From Octopus vulgaris (lineage: Eukaryota): a stretch of 64,000 bases of DNA. The notes below the pieces were generated by a model. The model ran no database searches. It worked only from the letters and a program-made list of their open reading frames with translations, and was not told where the DNA came from. Where the stretch lies: the NCBI GenBank assembly GCA_951406725.2, contig OX597839.1:27528001-27592000 (forward strand), written 5' to 3'. Position 1 is the stretch's first letter. The number at the start of each line of letters is the position of its first letter. The translations under genes were made by a program, and so were the position numbers. This document shows, in pieces, positions 25,000-39,615 of the stretch.

Positions 25000-25170
25000 A
25001 GTTAGCGAAAATTTTAGGAGAATAAAAAAAAGTAATAAGTGGAAGTTTTACGGGTGAGTGTGTTAAATAATAAGGCACAAAAAGAGAATGACTCTCCCCA
25101 GATACAACAGAATATGCTTCAACACACGAACTCACATAAAGAATCTTGCAAACCAAATCCAAAACGAAAT
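25000..25170 (+). mobile_element. Family G repeat (Penelope-terminus-like)
   Basis: Homologous to 26960-27060 and 53830-54000. Confidence 0.75.
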
Positions 25171-25209
25171 ATATATGTTTTGAAAAATAAAGAAGAATAA
25201 CAAACGCCA

Positions 25210-25945
25210 TTATTTATGTACGGAACTTTATGCACCGTATGTAATTCTCTGGGTATGATCAGAAAGATAGGGTTCGTGTATACAGGGGTGCTAGAAAGAA
25301 GTTAGATCACGTTATACGTAATAAAACCAGTGATCCCTGCCCTAGATATAGAAGTAAAGACTGCAATAGAATACAAAGAGCTCGTGGCAAAGTAAACAGG
25401 GTGCAAACGGGGTACAAATTCGACAAATATCAATGAGTGATGTTTGTAGAGGCAACAGCCTGTGGAGAACAAGCCCGTAGATTTAGGAAAGCTCTGAAGG
25501 AGACGAAGCTCAACATTAAACTCGTTGAAAAACCAGGGAACTCCATCAGATCACAACTATGTAGGACGTACCCCTTTGAGAATACCATACGCACAAATGA
25601 TAACTGCATGGTATGTAGGATTAATCCTGGCATCAACTGTAGAACTAGAGATGTAGTTTACAACATAAGATGCATAGAAGGTCCTTGTAAAGACATGGAC
25701 ATGACATACATAGGAGAGACATCTAGGAGCATTAGGGAAAGACTAAATGAGCATTTGAGACAATGACAATAAAAAACAGTCCTTTATACTCTACCAATAT
25801 GCCAATGACCAGCATGGGGGCAACCTGGGTCAACTTGACAGCGGCATTTTATCCAAGCACCCAAAGGACCCAACCCTCACACAAATACAGGAGTACGTCC
25901 TCATAAATGAAACATCCCCAGTACTAAATAGAGAATATACGTAGA
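25210..25945 (+). pseudogene. Penelope-like element relic: GIY-YIG endonuclease with Cys-rich linker
   Basis: ORF 25437-25766: NCMVC..NCRTRDVVYNIRC...TYIGETSRSIRERLNEH. An upstream frame reads ..FSGYDQKDRVRVY. Stops and frameshifts are present. Confidence 0.88.
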
Positions 25946-26101
25946 AAGTAATGATACCCTCATACCCAGAGTTTATATTTATATACAGGTAGGTATATTT
26001 ATATACAGTTAATAGGCTGTTATGTAAATGTATGTACGTGTGTGTATGTATACATACATACATACATACATATATATATGTATATATATATACATATATA
26101 T

Positions 26102-26153
<52 letters not shown>

Positions 26154-26379
26154 GTATGTATGTATATGCATATATATGTAGGTAAATGGATATGAATGCA
26201 AACAGAGACATACAGACGGATAGGTACACAGGTAATATGAACAGACAAGCACACATACACACATACATACATATATGCATACTCACACACACATACATGG
26301 ATACACACGCTTACATGCATGCATACATATATACATACAAAAATACATACATACATAAGTACATACATACATAGAAGGA

Positions 26380-26747
26380 TGGAAGCACGAGTGTTCCGGT
26401 TGATCCGAATCAACGGAACAGCCTGCTCGTAAAATTAACGTGTAAGTGACTGAGCACTCCACAGACACGTGTACCCTTAACGTAGTTCTCGGGGATATTC
26501 AGCGTGACACAGAGAGTGACAAGGCCGGCCCTTTGAAAATACAGGTACAACAGAAACAGGAAGTAAGAGTGAGAGAAAGTTGTGGTGAAAGAGTACAGCA
26601 GGGATCACTACCATCCCCTGCCGGAGCCTCGTGGAGCTTTTAGGTGTTTTCGCTCAATAAACACTCACAACGCCCGGTCTGGGAATCGAAACTGCGATCC
26701 TATGACCGCGAGTCCGCTGCCCTAACCACTGGGCCATTGCGCCTCCA
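26380..26747 (-). mobile_element. SINE family A
   Basis: Reverse complement of 19301-19684. Confidence 0.92.
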
Positions 26748-27071
26748 CATACATACATACATACATACATACATACATACATACATACATACATACACAC
26801 ACACATACATACATACATACATACATACATACATACATACATACATACATACACATGTGTATGCGCACACACACTGATCCACACACGTGCAGAAAGAACC
26901 AAAAAGAACGCAGCTCGGACAATAGACAGAGTCAACGACTATTGTAAAGATTGCAAGGCGTAACGAAAATTTTAGGAAAAATAAATAAGTAAATGAGTGG
27001 AAACTGAATCGGTGAGTGTGTTAAATAATAAGGCACTAAAAGAGTCTCCAGACACAACAAACTAGATATAA

Positions 27072-27512
27072 AAGATGTTCGTAAATTACCTTTACAGTTT
27101 GAAAAATTCAGAACAAGAATGAAAAACAAGGACAACTCTGCAGAGTTTTTGGCAAACATAGGCAGAGAAATAAAGTTTTGTTAGAAACATCAGAACACTT
27201 CGATGTGGTTTCCATTTATTGCACGCAAGAGATCGTGATGCAATAAATTGTGGAAGTTGTAAAGATAATTTATGAACCCACTGTATGTTATTTACGCAAT
27301 GTCCGTAAATAATCTTTAGAATTTGAAAAGTTCAGAAGAAAAGGAAAACTATGAATAGCTCAGCAGAGTTTATTGGAAAACAGAGGCAAAACAATGAATT
27401 TTTTTCGAAATATCAGAACACTTCCACATGGGCTCCATTGGTTGCATGCAACGCATCTATAAATTGCGATAAATTGCTGAAGTTGTAAAGATAATTTATG
27501 GACACCCTCTAT
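27072..27512. mobile_element. Two head-to-tail Tc1-like MITEs (about 215 bp each)
   Basis: Each unit starts TGT.CGTAAAT.A.CTTTA and ends TGTAAAGATAATTTATG(A/G)AC.C.CT.TA (inverted termini). The units are homologous but diverged. Confidence 0.65.
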
Positions 27513-27731
27513 AGTCTTTCTCCCCAAACACAAGATACTTTCGAACTTACAACCCCCATTGCGCACGCGCAGATATACTTTGCACACACATACACACACA
27601 CGCACACACACACACCTACACACACACGTATACTTAGGGCTTTCACTTCACACATCCACGGCAAAAGAGCAACACACACACACATGAACTACACAAATAA
27701 ATCCACACACATTGACTTACACTTCATACTG

Positions 27732-27762
<31 letters not shown>

Positions 27763-28653
27763 TGTGTGTGTGTGTTTGTATGTGTGTGTGTGTGTATGTG
27801 TGTGTGTGTGTGTGTGTGTGCGATCGTCTAAAAGACAATTTAAATGAAATACAGAAGATATATATATATAATATATATATATTGCTTGAAAGTACTGTTA
27901 ATGATTGCACTGAATTATGTAGCCGCAATTCCAGATGATGTCACAGCTAGGGCAATGCCTTGTGTTCGCCTAATCTCAGCCAATATTAATTTGTTGACAA
28001 AAGTTTTCCCAGTACCCCCTGGAGCGTCCAGGAAAAAAATCCCCCCAGCTTTGGCCCGGACTGAATTAACAACGGAGTTGTAAGCGAACTTCTGTTCTGG
28101 AAGGAGCTTTGGTTCATTATATTATGCATGTATATATGTGTATATATATATGTGTACATATTACATGTACATCTATATATATACATCTACACATAAAATA
28201 CAAAATACAAAGTTATATCTTGATATCGCTAGTGATAACAATACTCAAAATATATAACAGACTGGAATTGTAGGCGCGTCTCTTGCAATTTCGATCAATT
28301 GGATCTTGTACTCCCTCTTGTATAGAAGTGTACGGCTGCAGCGAAATTCATTTTTGGACTTTCTTCTATCGAAGGCATTTTAACAAAAATGCTTCCGTAA
28401 AGACGGTGAAAATATTGTCAATTTCCCCAAACAGGGACACAATTCAATTTTTAAACAATAAGGGGGAGGGTTACGGTTTACAATTATTTAACAAATGCAA
28501 CACAACAACGTTTCCCTGACGAGGAACCAACAAACGTGATTACAATAGTCAAACAGTAATAATAATAACAACAAACCTTTTTAATTTATCCCCATTTATG
28601 TGAAACCACTTATTCAAGTTCAAGTCATTGATGCAATTTTATACGAATTGCTA

Positions 28654-28692
<39 letters not shown>

Positions 28693-29375
28693 ATAAGGGT
28701 GAAAAATTGAATATTAATTTGATTAATATGAATTGAAAACCAGTGGTGTAGCATATAAGACCATAGCGGATCTTCCTCTAGCAAAAATGATGACCACTAT
28801 TAATGGCTCATCCCTGTTATATAATACTTTCACTTTAATAGTTTCACACTTGCAAAGAGAAAGTAGGAGAAAGTGTGGTGGTAATAGCAGGAGTAAACCA
28901 CTTGAAATGAGAGAGGCTATTCGTAAAATATTGAGTTTTCTCAAATTTTTGCTTAATTGGGGGTCAAATTGAAAAAAACATTATATGCCATGACCCAATC
29001 GAATCTACTTGGAAAAATCATAGGTAAATTCCAATTGATGAAATTCTATATTGTAGAATTGTATTAAAAAGAAACACGGGAACAGGCAGAGAAAATCTGC
29101 CTTTTATCATAAGAGATATATACGTGTGTGTCTGTGTGTGTGTTTGTGTGTGTGTGTGAGTGTATGTTTATACCTGTGTATGTGTTTGTACATGCAAGTC
29201 CTGTATACGTATGTATCGGTTCCATTTGATGAGACATTCACCTTCCACTAGCACTTATCGGTTTGTTTAGTCTAGACAAACCTGACGCGTCTAGTATTTC
29301 TTGTGTGAATATCCATCTCCAGAAAGAAAGACTTTCTATTACAATGGGTTTTATTTGTATTTATTTGTATTTATC

Positions 29376-29552
29376 TGACAACCGATGCTGGTGTGTTTAC
29401 ATCCCCGTCACTTAGCGGTTCGGCAAAAGTGACCGATAGAATAGGAATACTGGGCTTACAAAGAATAAGTCCCGGGGTCGAGTTGCTCGACTAAAGGTGG
29501 TGCTCCAGCATGGCCGCAGTCAAATGACTGAAACAAGTAAAGGAGTAAAAGA

Positions 29553-29553
<1 letters not shown>
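29376..29553 (+). mobile_element. SINE family C, 3' half
   Basis: Matches the family C tail. Confidence 0.85.
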
Positions 29554-29602
<49 letters not shown>

Positions 29603-29933
29603 TTTCTGAGTATGCATTGTCTGGGAGACTTTTTCTTGCAGTTGAAGAAATAGCCAAATTTTTGGCTGCTATTTCTAAAAAGCTCGGTGTGTGGTAAAGT
29701 GAATTTTTTTACTTTGCCATATTTTTATAAATTAATACTTCAAATATACCGTAAATGGTCTTTTTACATACCGAACACTGCTCGGTCGAATTGATTAATA
29801 ATTAATAAATTCTACCCTTTTTTATTGACAATATTATGTATATGTATATGTATATATACATACATACATATTATATGCATATACTACTGTTTTAGCAGAT
29901 GATGGGAGAAGAGTCGCTCCCCCGTTTGTAATA

Positions 29934-30171
29934 CAGGGTGTTCAAAAAGTCTCTCCGCAGTAAATATTTAATGGTTTTCAGGCGATTCTTGTACACTGAT
30001 CCTTTACTTGCTCCCCAGGAAAAAAAAAAGTCTGGCGGTATTTAATCAGGTGATCTTGGTGGCCAAAGTCCCTTCGAAATAATCAGTTCACTAAAAAAAC
30101 TCTTGAAGTAGCGTCATAGTGATGCGCAGGAGAGAAAAAATTCACTGCGGAGTCACTTTTTGAACACCCTG
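29934..30171 (-). mobile_element. Internally deleted Tc1-superfamily element with TA target duplication
   Basis: TA-CAGGGTGTTCAAAAAGT...ACTTTTTGAACACCCTG-TA. The minus strand encodes ISKGLWPPRSPD*IPPDFF. Confidence 0.88.
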
Positions 30172-30502
30172 TATATACCGGGTGCAGGCTGCACCAATAA
30201 CCAGCTGGCGGAGACTCTGGTCGGGGTTAAACGGTAGGGGTACTTTTGTTTTCCATACATAAATGGTGCCTCTGTTTTGATAAAATATAATACGTATCAG
30301 ATACAAGAGTGGGAGTGATGTAGTGTCACTATTCTTCGATACATTTTGATGGTGTATCAATGTTAAAAATCGCTCTTATCTCGGATAACTTTGCCTTCCA
30401 TCGTTTTGGTGTCGATAAAATAAAGTACATGTGCATAGCGCAGTAGAGTGGCGGAATGGTTAGAGTACTGGAGAAAGTACATGAGGATTGGTCCGGGACC
30501 AA

Positions 30503-30990
30503 ACCACCACCACCACCGTCACTACCACTACCACAACCATCATTACCACCTCCACCATCATCACTACACCCACCATCACCATCACTACTACTATCACCAC
30601 CACCACCACCACCACTACAACCAATACCATCACCACTACCACAACAACAACAATAACAGTTCACCACCACCACTACCACCACTACCACCACCACCATCAA
30701 CACCATCGTCACTACCATTACCACAACCATCATTACCACCTCCACCATCATCACTACACCCACCATCACCATCACTACTACTATCACCACCACCACCACC
30801 ACTACCATAACCACTACCACAACAACAACAATAACAGTTCACCACCACCACTACCACCACTACCACCACCACCATCAACACCACCGTCACTTCCATTACC
30901 ATAACCATCGCTACCACCTCCACCACCACAACTACCAAGATCACCATCACTTTCAATACCACCACCACCACCACCACCACTGCCACAACA
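30503..30990. repeat. Degenerate (ACC/ACT/ATC)n tract with higher-order duplication of about 180-190 bp
   Basis: The blocks CATTACCACCTCCACCATCATCACTACACCC and ACAATAACAGTTCACC each occur twice. Confidence 0.85.
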
Positions 30991-31389
30991 ACAAAAACAG
31001 TTGTAAATAACATGCCAAGAAGTGCATATGAAAGTGCAGGCATGAAACAAATTAAATTACATAAAGAGAATAGAGAATATTTTCATATTGCCTTATACAT
31101 TTGTGGATGTAGTTTAAATCATAGCATTACGTCATGCAGCTAACGTTAATTATACCATTCGTCTTGAATAGGATTATGTAACGTTTAAAATATTAACATT
31201 ATGTACTGGATACTGTTAACGTAACCCAATTGAATTCTTGTGAAAGTTTCTGGTAAATTGATTTCAATTCTATAATGCAAATTCTCTTGCACAACTTGAC
31301 ATGCTCATGTGCGTCCAAATAATTAATCATATACACATAGATGTATATGCGCGCGCAGGAAAGCATATACACCAACATGTGTGTATACA

Positions 31390-31992
<603 letters not shown>

Positions 31993-33327
31993 CTTGTGGA
32001 AAGGATGCGTCCCGATGGTCAGGCGATCCATTTGCTGTCAACACCCGTTAAAAGGAGGGCTGGGCATGCCGTGGTTGATGATGCGCAGACACGCGCTGAG
32101 ACTGCGGCATCTCTGGCTCTATGTAGACGACGGTGAACAGGTGTGGTCGCCGTTTGTGAGGCACGCTTTCCCGCAGCTCGTCTCCATGACCGAACTGCAG
32201 TCGTGGATCAAAAAGAGGCCGAGGAAGGGCGAATGGCACCGCGAGTGTCGCGTTGCTCTCAAGCAACTCTGCCGTCCTGGGTCGACCTTAAGTGACTTCA
32301 ACACAACCAAAGCATTCTATAGGGGTTTAGTGGAGGGGAGGTACGACGACGAGCTCGGGGCGAACCTGGACGTCGACGAGGAGTACCTGACCCGCCTGTT
32401 CAGGACGACTTTCGGGCCAGGGCCCATGGACAACTTCCAGAGATCCCTGGCCTGGCAGTGCTACCGAGAAGCGCTACCCGTTCGGGATAAGCTCTACAGA
32501 CACGGCTCGAGAAACACGGGGCCGACCTGCCCGAGATGCGGTCAGAGCGACGAAACCGTTCTGCACGCACTCGTTCAGTGTCCAACAATTTCCGACCTGT
32601 GGGCTTATGTCGAACAACTGCTGTCACGTGTGGGACGAGTCGGTTTATCAGCTGAGTCTATCGTCAATATTGTCACGCCTCCTTCCTTCAAACGGGAAGG
32701 AAGAGCTATTTTCATCATCCTTGTGGCTATGGCGAAAGAATGTATCTGGTGGACGCGTCTGAAAGGATTGAGACAAACACTTTCCTCTCTGGTCAATCTC
32801 TCATCAACTTCTTCAAGTACCACTTGAAAAGGAAAGTGAGAGTAGAGAGGCAAGTTTTGTCTAGCGAATGTTTTAAAAAAAGATGGGTGAATGTAGCAAG
32901 AATGGCACGTATGAATGACGAAGCCACCTTGAGCATAGTCCTATGAACCCAGAAATCGAAAACAGAGAGTTGCTTATTTGCAAAAAAAAAAAAAAAAGAA
33001 ATATAAAATGTGACTTCATTGACCGAGGTTACCGTGGTCTTTTCCGTAGGCTTTTCTTTCCACGGGTAAACCTCACCTGTCCTCCCCTTTACACTTCATA
33101 TTGACATTTCTGTGATAACGATCCCTATTGATCAATTTTTTTTTCTCCCCCCCTTTTTTTTAACCCCCCTTTTTTTTGTCCTCTTTCTCTCCTTTTACGA
33201 TCCCTTTTGATCGAAACTCCCCCTTCCTTTTTTTTTTTTTTTTTTTTTTTTTTAAACCTTCAAAAGAAAAGCTCTACCTTGTAATTTGTTCTATCTGTGT
33301 GCAGCCCTGTGTGGCTAATAAAGAAAC
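31993..33327 (+). mobile_element. 5'-truncated L1/Tx1-clade LINE (ORF2 C-terminus with zf-RVT, and 3' UTR)
   Basis: LWKG..GGLGMP..ALPVRDKL..CPRCGQSDETVLHALVQC..LW motifs. One 1-bp frameshift near 32769, stop at 32946, AATAAA at 33317. Confidence 0.92.
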
Positions 33328-33328
33328 A

Positions 33329-33373
<45 letters not shown>

Positions 33374-33550
33374 ATATATGTGCGTGTGTGTCTCTCAGTG
33401 TGTGTTTGTGTGCGCGAATGTGACGGTGCAAACATATATATACAACATATTATGCATGTATGTATACGTATGTGTGTGTGTGTAAACAACCCCAAACACG
33501 CACATACACATGAAATAAACAATTAATAATAGAGGTGCCTGTTTCGCACG

Positions 33551-33599
<49 letters not shown>

Positions 33600-33627
33600 G
33601 TATATATATATATCATATCATATATAA

Positions 33628-33666
<39 letters not shown>

Positions 33667-33676
33667 TACATATATA

Positions 33677-33742
<66 letters not shown>

Positions 33743-34050
33743 GTATATATGTATATATATATATATGTATATATATATATGTATATATATATGTATGTAT
33801 ATATATATATATATGTGTATGTATATATATGTATATATATATGTGTATGTATATATATGTATATATATATATATGTATATATATATATACATATATAATA
33901 TATAAATATATACATATAATATGTATTCATATATATATATAACATATATATATATATATATATATGCATTATATCTTATGTGTACGGATATATATATATG
34001 TGTGTGTATATATATGTATATATATGTGTGTACGTTTATATATGTGTACG

Positions 34051-34106
<56 letters not shown>

Positions 34107-34459
34107 TTATATCTTATGTGTATGTATGTGTGTATACACGAATATATCCAGGTAGGCGTGTACGTAGATTAATATTTACACATGTAAGTACAATTGCGAC
34201 ATTGTGTATGAGCTTTTGAGGATATATATATATATATATATACCCCATTACAAATGTATATATGACGTAAGGACTGCAATACATTCAATTTATGGAACTC
34301 TTTTGTGCGTGAAAGTAGTTTTCTTTGTGGAAATCTGTAAATTGCTTTCGAAAATGTATTTGTCATGGTCGAAGAAGTTGCATATGGCTTGCTTGGATAG
34401 CACAGATGTGCGCATGTGTGCGTGCGTATGTGTTTGTGTGTGTGTGTGTGTGTGTTTTC

Positions 34460-34541
<82 letters not shown>

Positions 34542-34592
34542 TATATATATATGGACAGTGTCCATATATGGACACATATATATGTATATATT

Positions 34593-34639
<47 letters not shown>

Positions 34640-34670
34640 ATGTATGTATGTATATATATATATGTATGTA

Positions 34671-34723
<53 letters not shown>

Positions 34724-34757
34724 GTATGTATATATATATATATATATATATATACAC

Positions 34758-34788
<31 letters not shown>

Positions 34789-34894
34789 ACGATATATGGT
34801 CAGTGTCGATATTTGGACACACACATGTATGTGTATGTATATATGTATGTATATGTGTATGCATATATGTATGTATGTGTGTAGGTATGTATGC

Positions 34895-34925
<31 letters not shown>

Positions 34926-35899
34926 CATGTATGTATGTATGTATGTATGTATGTATGTATGTATGTATGTATGTATGCGTGTTTGTATACCAAAAGCTAT
35001 GCATATATTAATTTATGTATGTGTGTATGCATGCATGTATGAATGAATGCGTATGTGTGTGTACGAAAACCATTCCGATTTATCACCCTATTTTGACATT
35101 TATGTTCCTGTGAGAGCGTGCCAATTGCGATGCACACTTGACTAATTTTCCAAAGAATCTCTATTTTATATTCTTGTCCAGAATGCACAGTAAAATCTCC
35201 CTAGAACCATGTCGCCACACCTCCGTCAACAGAAATTCTAGAACAGTATCAACCACACATTAATGTCACCGATTCTCTTTAAAGAACTGGAGATTAAATC
35301 TTCATAATAGTCACGGTATAAGCGTTTGTTCGTTTGTCAATAGAGTGCGGGCCATGTTGGAGCATCGCTTTTAATGGTTTTGTTGGTCAGATTAACCCCA
35401 GTATTTGTACCATCTATCGTTTTTTGCCGAGACGGTATGGTACCTGGATGTAAACAAACCAATACCTGTTGATCAAAAAGTGTGGTGAAAAACACGAAAT
35501 TGAACACCCACAACACACACATACAAATATACGTACATATGTATGTATGAATGAATGTATGTATGTATGTGTGTATGCATGTATGTATGTATGCCTGTGT
35601 GTATGTATGTATGTCATTCAGTTTTAATTGAAGATTTCTTACTAATAGAGAAAGAACTGGTTTCTAACCTAGATCCAAGGCTCCTTCTTTGGAATTCCAG
35701 CATCAACAACAAGTTATTTTTGTATGTATGTTTGTTTGTATGTATGCATGTATGTAAGTATGTAAGTATGTATGTATGTATGTATGTGTGTATGTATGTA
35801 TGTATGTATGTAAGTATGTATATATGTATGTGTGTGTGTATGTATGTATGTATGTATGTATGTATGTATGGATGGATGGATGGATGTATGTATGTATGT

Positions 35900-36416
35900 A
35901 TGCATGCATGTTTGTGAATGTGCAGATTTGTATGTTTTATGTATATATTCTCATGCATATAGTTGCATATCTAGACATTTGCTCATAAATACTTAAATGA
36001 TAAACTTCTGGAAAGTTTTACAGACTTTTACAGTTCCAGTGATGGATTGGATCTGTAGTCTTCGAATTAGCTTTCTCTTTTCTGGTTTTGAGAAGCCTAA
36101 TTTTTCAAGATAGGTATTTAGGCAGTATGTTACATATCCCAGGACCCCAATAATTACAGGTATAAACCTATACTTGTAATCCGGATAGAGTAACCGCAGA
36201 TTTCTCAATAGTTCAGCATAGGTGTTCTCTTTTTCACTGATCTTCAGCTNNNNNNNNNNNNNNNNNNNNNNNNNNNNNNNNNNNNNNNNNNNNNNNNNNN
36301 NNNNNNNNNNNNNNNNNNNNNNNNNNNNNNNNNNNNNNNNNNNNNNNNNCAATAGTTCAGCATAGGTGTTCTCTTTTTCACTGATCTTCAGCTTTATGTT
36401 AACATCCGCTGGGCAA
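35900..36416 (-). mobile_element. R4/Dong-like non-LTR retrotransposon 3' end (restriction-like endonuclease tail)
   Basis: CPADVNIKLKISEKENTYAELLRNLRLLYP..FIPVIIGVLG..LEKLG. Spans the N gap. Confidence 0.7.
36250..36349. other. Assembly gap (100 N) with overlapping flanks
   Basis: CAATAGTTCAGCATAGGTGTTCTCTTTTTCACTGATCTTCAGCT occurs on both sides. Confidence 0.95.
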
Positions 36417-36439
36417 CTAATTTACACACCTGTGCATGC

Positions 36440-36488
<49 letters not shown>

Positions 36489-36492
<4 letters not shown>

Positions 36493-37116
36493 ACAACAGT
36501 ATTTTGTAAACAAACTTTAGAAGCGTCGAATATGTATCGTATTGTGCAGAAAACAAGTGTAGTGACGTCATATTCCAGTGTGCGCACACGCAACGTCATT
36601 CTTCAGTGTGCGTGTGCGGGGTTGGAACCTTCTTGAACCTTCTGGAAAGGCATAAGGAAGTTCCCTCCTGCACATGCGCTAGAGACTGGGGAAGAAATTC
36701 TATCGCGTTCCTTAATAGCGTCGTTGACTTGAGACACGGCGATAGAAGAGAAAGGACGTATTTTCAAACGTGTGATCAGCCTATTCTCCTGTCCCAGACG
36801 CTTAGGATTTGACCTGCTCTGTTGCTGCTGAATTATTGTAAGAATCTTACAAACGTTAGAATTCAGCCTTGCTGTGTTGAACTAGGTGGATACCAGTATA
36901 CCATCGTGCTTCATTTGTGAATAAGACAATAAAGAATCGTATATATTTTTAAAGTTGCGTTTTGTTACCGACTGGTAGTTTCTAGAAACAAAAAGAAAGG
37001 AAATTGTGTTGCACCCAAGTTGCACCCCAAAAGTGTAAAGAAGCAACCAGTTCCCTTTACAGTGGTGACCCCGAGTTCTGGTCATAGACCATAGAAGCAA
37101 CCAGTTCCCTTTTACA
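36489..37116 (+). mobile_element. LTR (TG..ACA) followed by a tRNA-Trp primer binding site; internal region missing
   Basis: ..CCCTTTACA-G-TGGTGACCCCGA (37063-37074), complementary to the tRNA-Trp 3' end. AATAAA near 36928. The 5' portion is shared with 43465-43614. Confidence 0.65.
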
Positions 37117-37974
37117 AAAGCAATATTTCGAACGCTGTATGACCGTGAAAACAGCAGAAAGATTGGGCATTTTACCCTTATTAGGGTAACTAGTACTTCC
37201 TTGTCTATAAAATGTATGTACGTATGCATGCATGGATGTATGTATATTGTCAGGTCACTTGTGAGGTTTCTCATGCGCGCTACTGGTAACATGGCATCCA
37301 GTACAACCTGTAGCATGATCGGATCCTGAGCGACTAAACCTACACCCCCTACTTGGCATGTCAGGTGAGGAGAGATGCTTAAAAACCCAGTAGGGCTAAA
37401 AAAAAATCTGTCAAAGGGATAGATCAACCTAGTGTTGGTTCGATGACTATTTAGCAATACCTTGGGCCCTCAGAAATTCTGGCGTGCTGGAAGACAACTA
37501 GAGTGAGGCATTCCTTAGGTTTTGTTAAGCATATCTCTGGAAGGTCACGCTGAATAAAAAAAAAAAAAAAAACAGACAAGCAGTGAGTGGCAGTGGCCAT
37601 TTTGGGGGATGTTTTGCCTATGCTTAAAATTATAGGGATCTCACATTCCTGAACCTGCGACCCATATTAACACTAGATACCTTGACCTCCTTTGTCTGGA
37701 TCACATCAATAGCGAGGAGAATGTCTGTGGGGTGTTTGCAAGCCGTATTAGATCAACAGTTTTAGGATGTGCAATCGACGGCGAAGCAACTATATGAAAC
37801 TCGGTCGAGTAGGAGGGCCCCGCGGCAAACATGAAAACCGCAGACGCGAACCCGGGTGAAAAGGACTGCTGCTGGTGCGAAAGTCCTTATGCACCGGCAT
37901 TTCTAGCATCTTTCATCAGCAATAATCCATTATGGACTTCTTTGTTCACGAGTGGACAGCCATCATATATATGT

Positions 37975-38780
37975 GTGTGTGTGTGTGCGTGTGTGGTGTG
38001 TACGTGTGTGTGCGTGTGCGTGTGTGATGTGGTATGTGTATGTACCCGTGTGTGGTGTGTGTGGGTGATGCAGTATGATTGTATGTATGCGTGTGTGGTG
38101 TGTGTGCGTATGCGGTGTGTGTGTATGTGCGTGTGTGGTGTGTACGTGTGTGTGCGTGTGCGTGTGTGATGTGGTATGTGTATGTACCCGTGTGTGGTGT
38201 GTGTGTGTGTGATGCAGTATGATTGTATGTATGCGTGTGTGGTGTGTGTGTGTATGTGTGTGTGTGTGTGTGTGTGTGTACGTGTGTGTGCGTGTGCGTG
38301 TGTGATGTGGTATGTGTATGTACCCGTGTGTGGTGTGTGTGTGTGGGATGCAGTATGATTGTATGTATGCGTGTGTTGTGTGTGTGCGTATGCGGTGTGT
38401 GTGTGTGTACGTGTGTGGTGTGTACGTGTGTGTGCGTGTGCGTGTGTGATGTGGTATGTGTATGTACCCGTGTGTGGTGTGTGTGTGTGTGATGCAGTAT
38501 GATTGTATGTATGCGTGTGTGGCGTGTGTATGTATACGGTGTGTGTGTGTGTGCGCGTGTGTGATGCTGTATGTGTGTGTATGCGTGTGTGGTGTGTGTA
38601 CGTATGCGGTGTGTGTGCGCGTATGTGTTTGTGCGTGTGTATTATGGTGTGTATGTGCGCGTATGTGGTGTGGTGTGTGTATATATGCGTATGTGGTATG
38701 TGTGTATGAGTATGTGTGCGTGTGTGTGTATGTACGTATGCGTATGTGGTGTGCAAGTGTGTGTATGTGTGTGTGTTTGC
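37975..38780. repeat. GT-rich minisatellite, about four units of about 140 bp
   Basis: GTGATGTGGTATGTGTATGTACCCG..GATGCAGTATGATTGTATGTATGCG is repeated four times. Confidence 0.9.
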
Positions 38781-39301
38781 ACTAACTAGGTAATCAGAAA
38801 TAGTCTAGAATGTGAATAATTCGTAACAGATCACACATAGATCGATACGCTGCAGGTCCATTGTGTTGGTGAGGCATAGTTTGGTGAGTAGTTCAATGGT
38901 ACCACAGTTAAAAAGCAAAACAAACAAGAATTTGAGGGGGAAAGTATTGAAGGTAGGCCTTTACAGCTGTTTCTAAAAGGGTTGCGCAATTGGTGCATTT
39001 CACTGCACAATCGAACAGGTTGCCACTAAAGTTGGGTGGCGAAGAAAAAAAAACCCATCCATCCATCTATCTGTCCGTCCGTCCGCCCGTGCGTCTGTCT
39101 GTCTGTCAACCTGTCAGTCCATCTATCAAAGCATCCATCCATCTTTTCTTCTCCTTCTCCTACTCCTCTTTATCTCTCTGTATATATTTGTCTACTCACT
39201 CGTATACTGTACATATATATGTGTGTGAGTGTGTGTGTATACATACATGTATATACATATGCATATATATGTGTGTGTGTGTGTATGTATGTATTTATAT
39301 A

Positions 39302-39354
<53 letters not shown>

Positions 39355-39374
39355 TGAACAAGAGTGAAAGAGAG

Positions 39375-39376
39375 AT

Positions 39377-39409
<33 letters not shown>

Positions 39410-39410
39410 C

Positions 39411-39469
<59 letters not shown>

Positions 39470-39470
39470 G

Positions 39471-39505
<35 letters not shown>

Positions 39506-39508
39506 GAC

Positions 39509-39539
<31 letters not shown>

Positions 39540-39584
39540 TAGATACAGAGATAGATACAGAGATAGATACAGAGATAGATACAG

Positions 39585-39615
<31 letters not shown>

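Noticed and set aside
36206-36393. Biological direct repeat around the Ns
   Set aside because: Most likely a scaffolding overlap.
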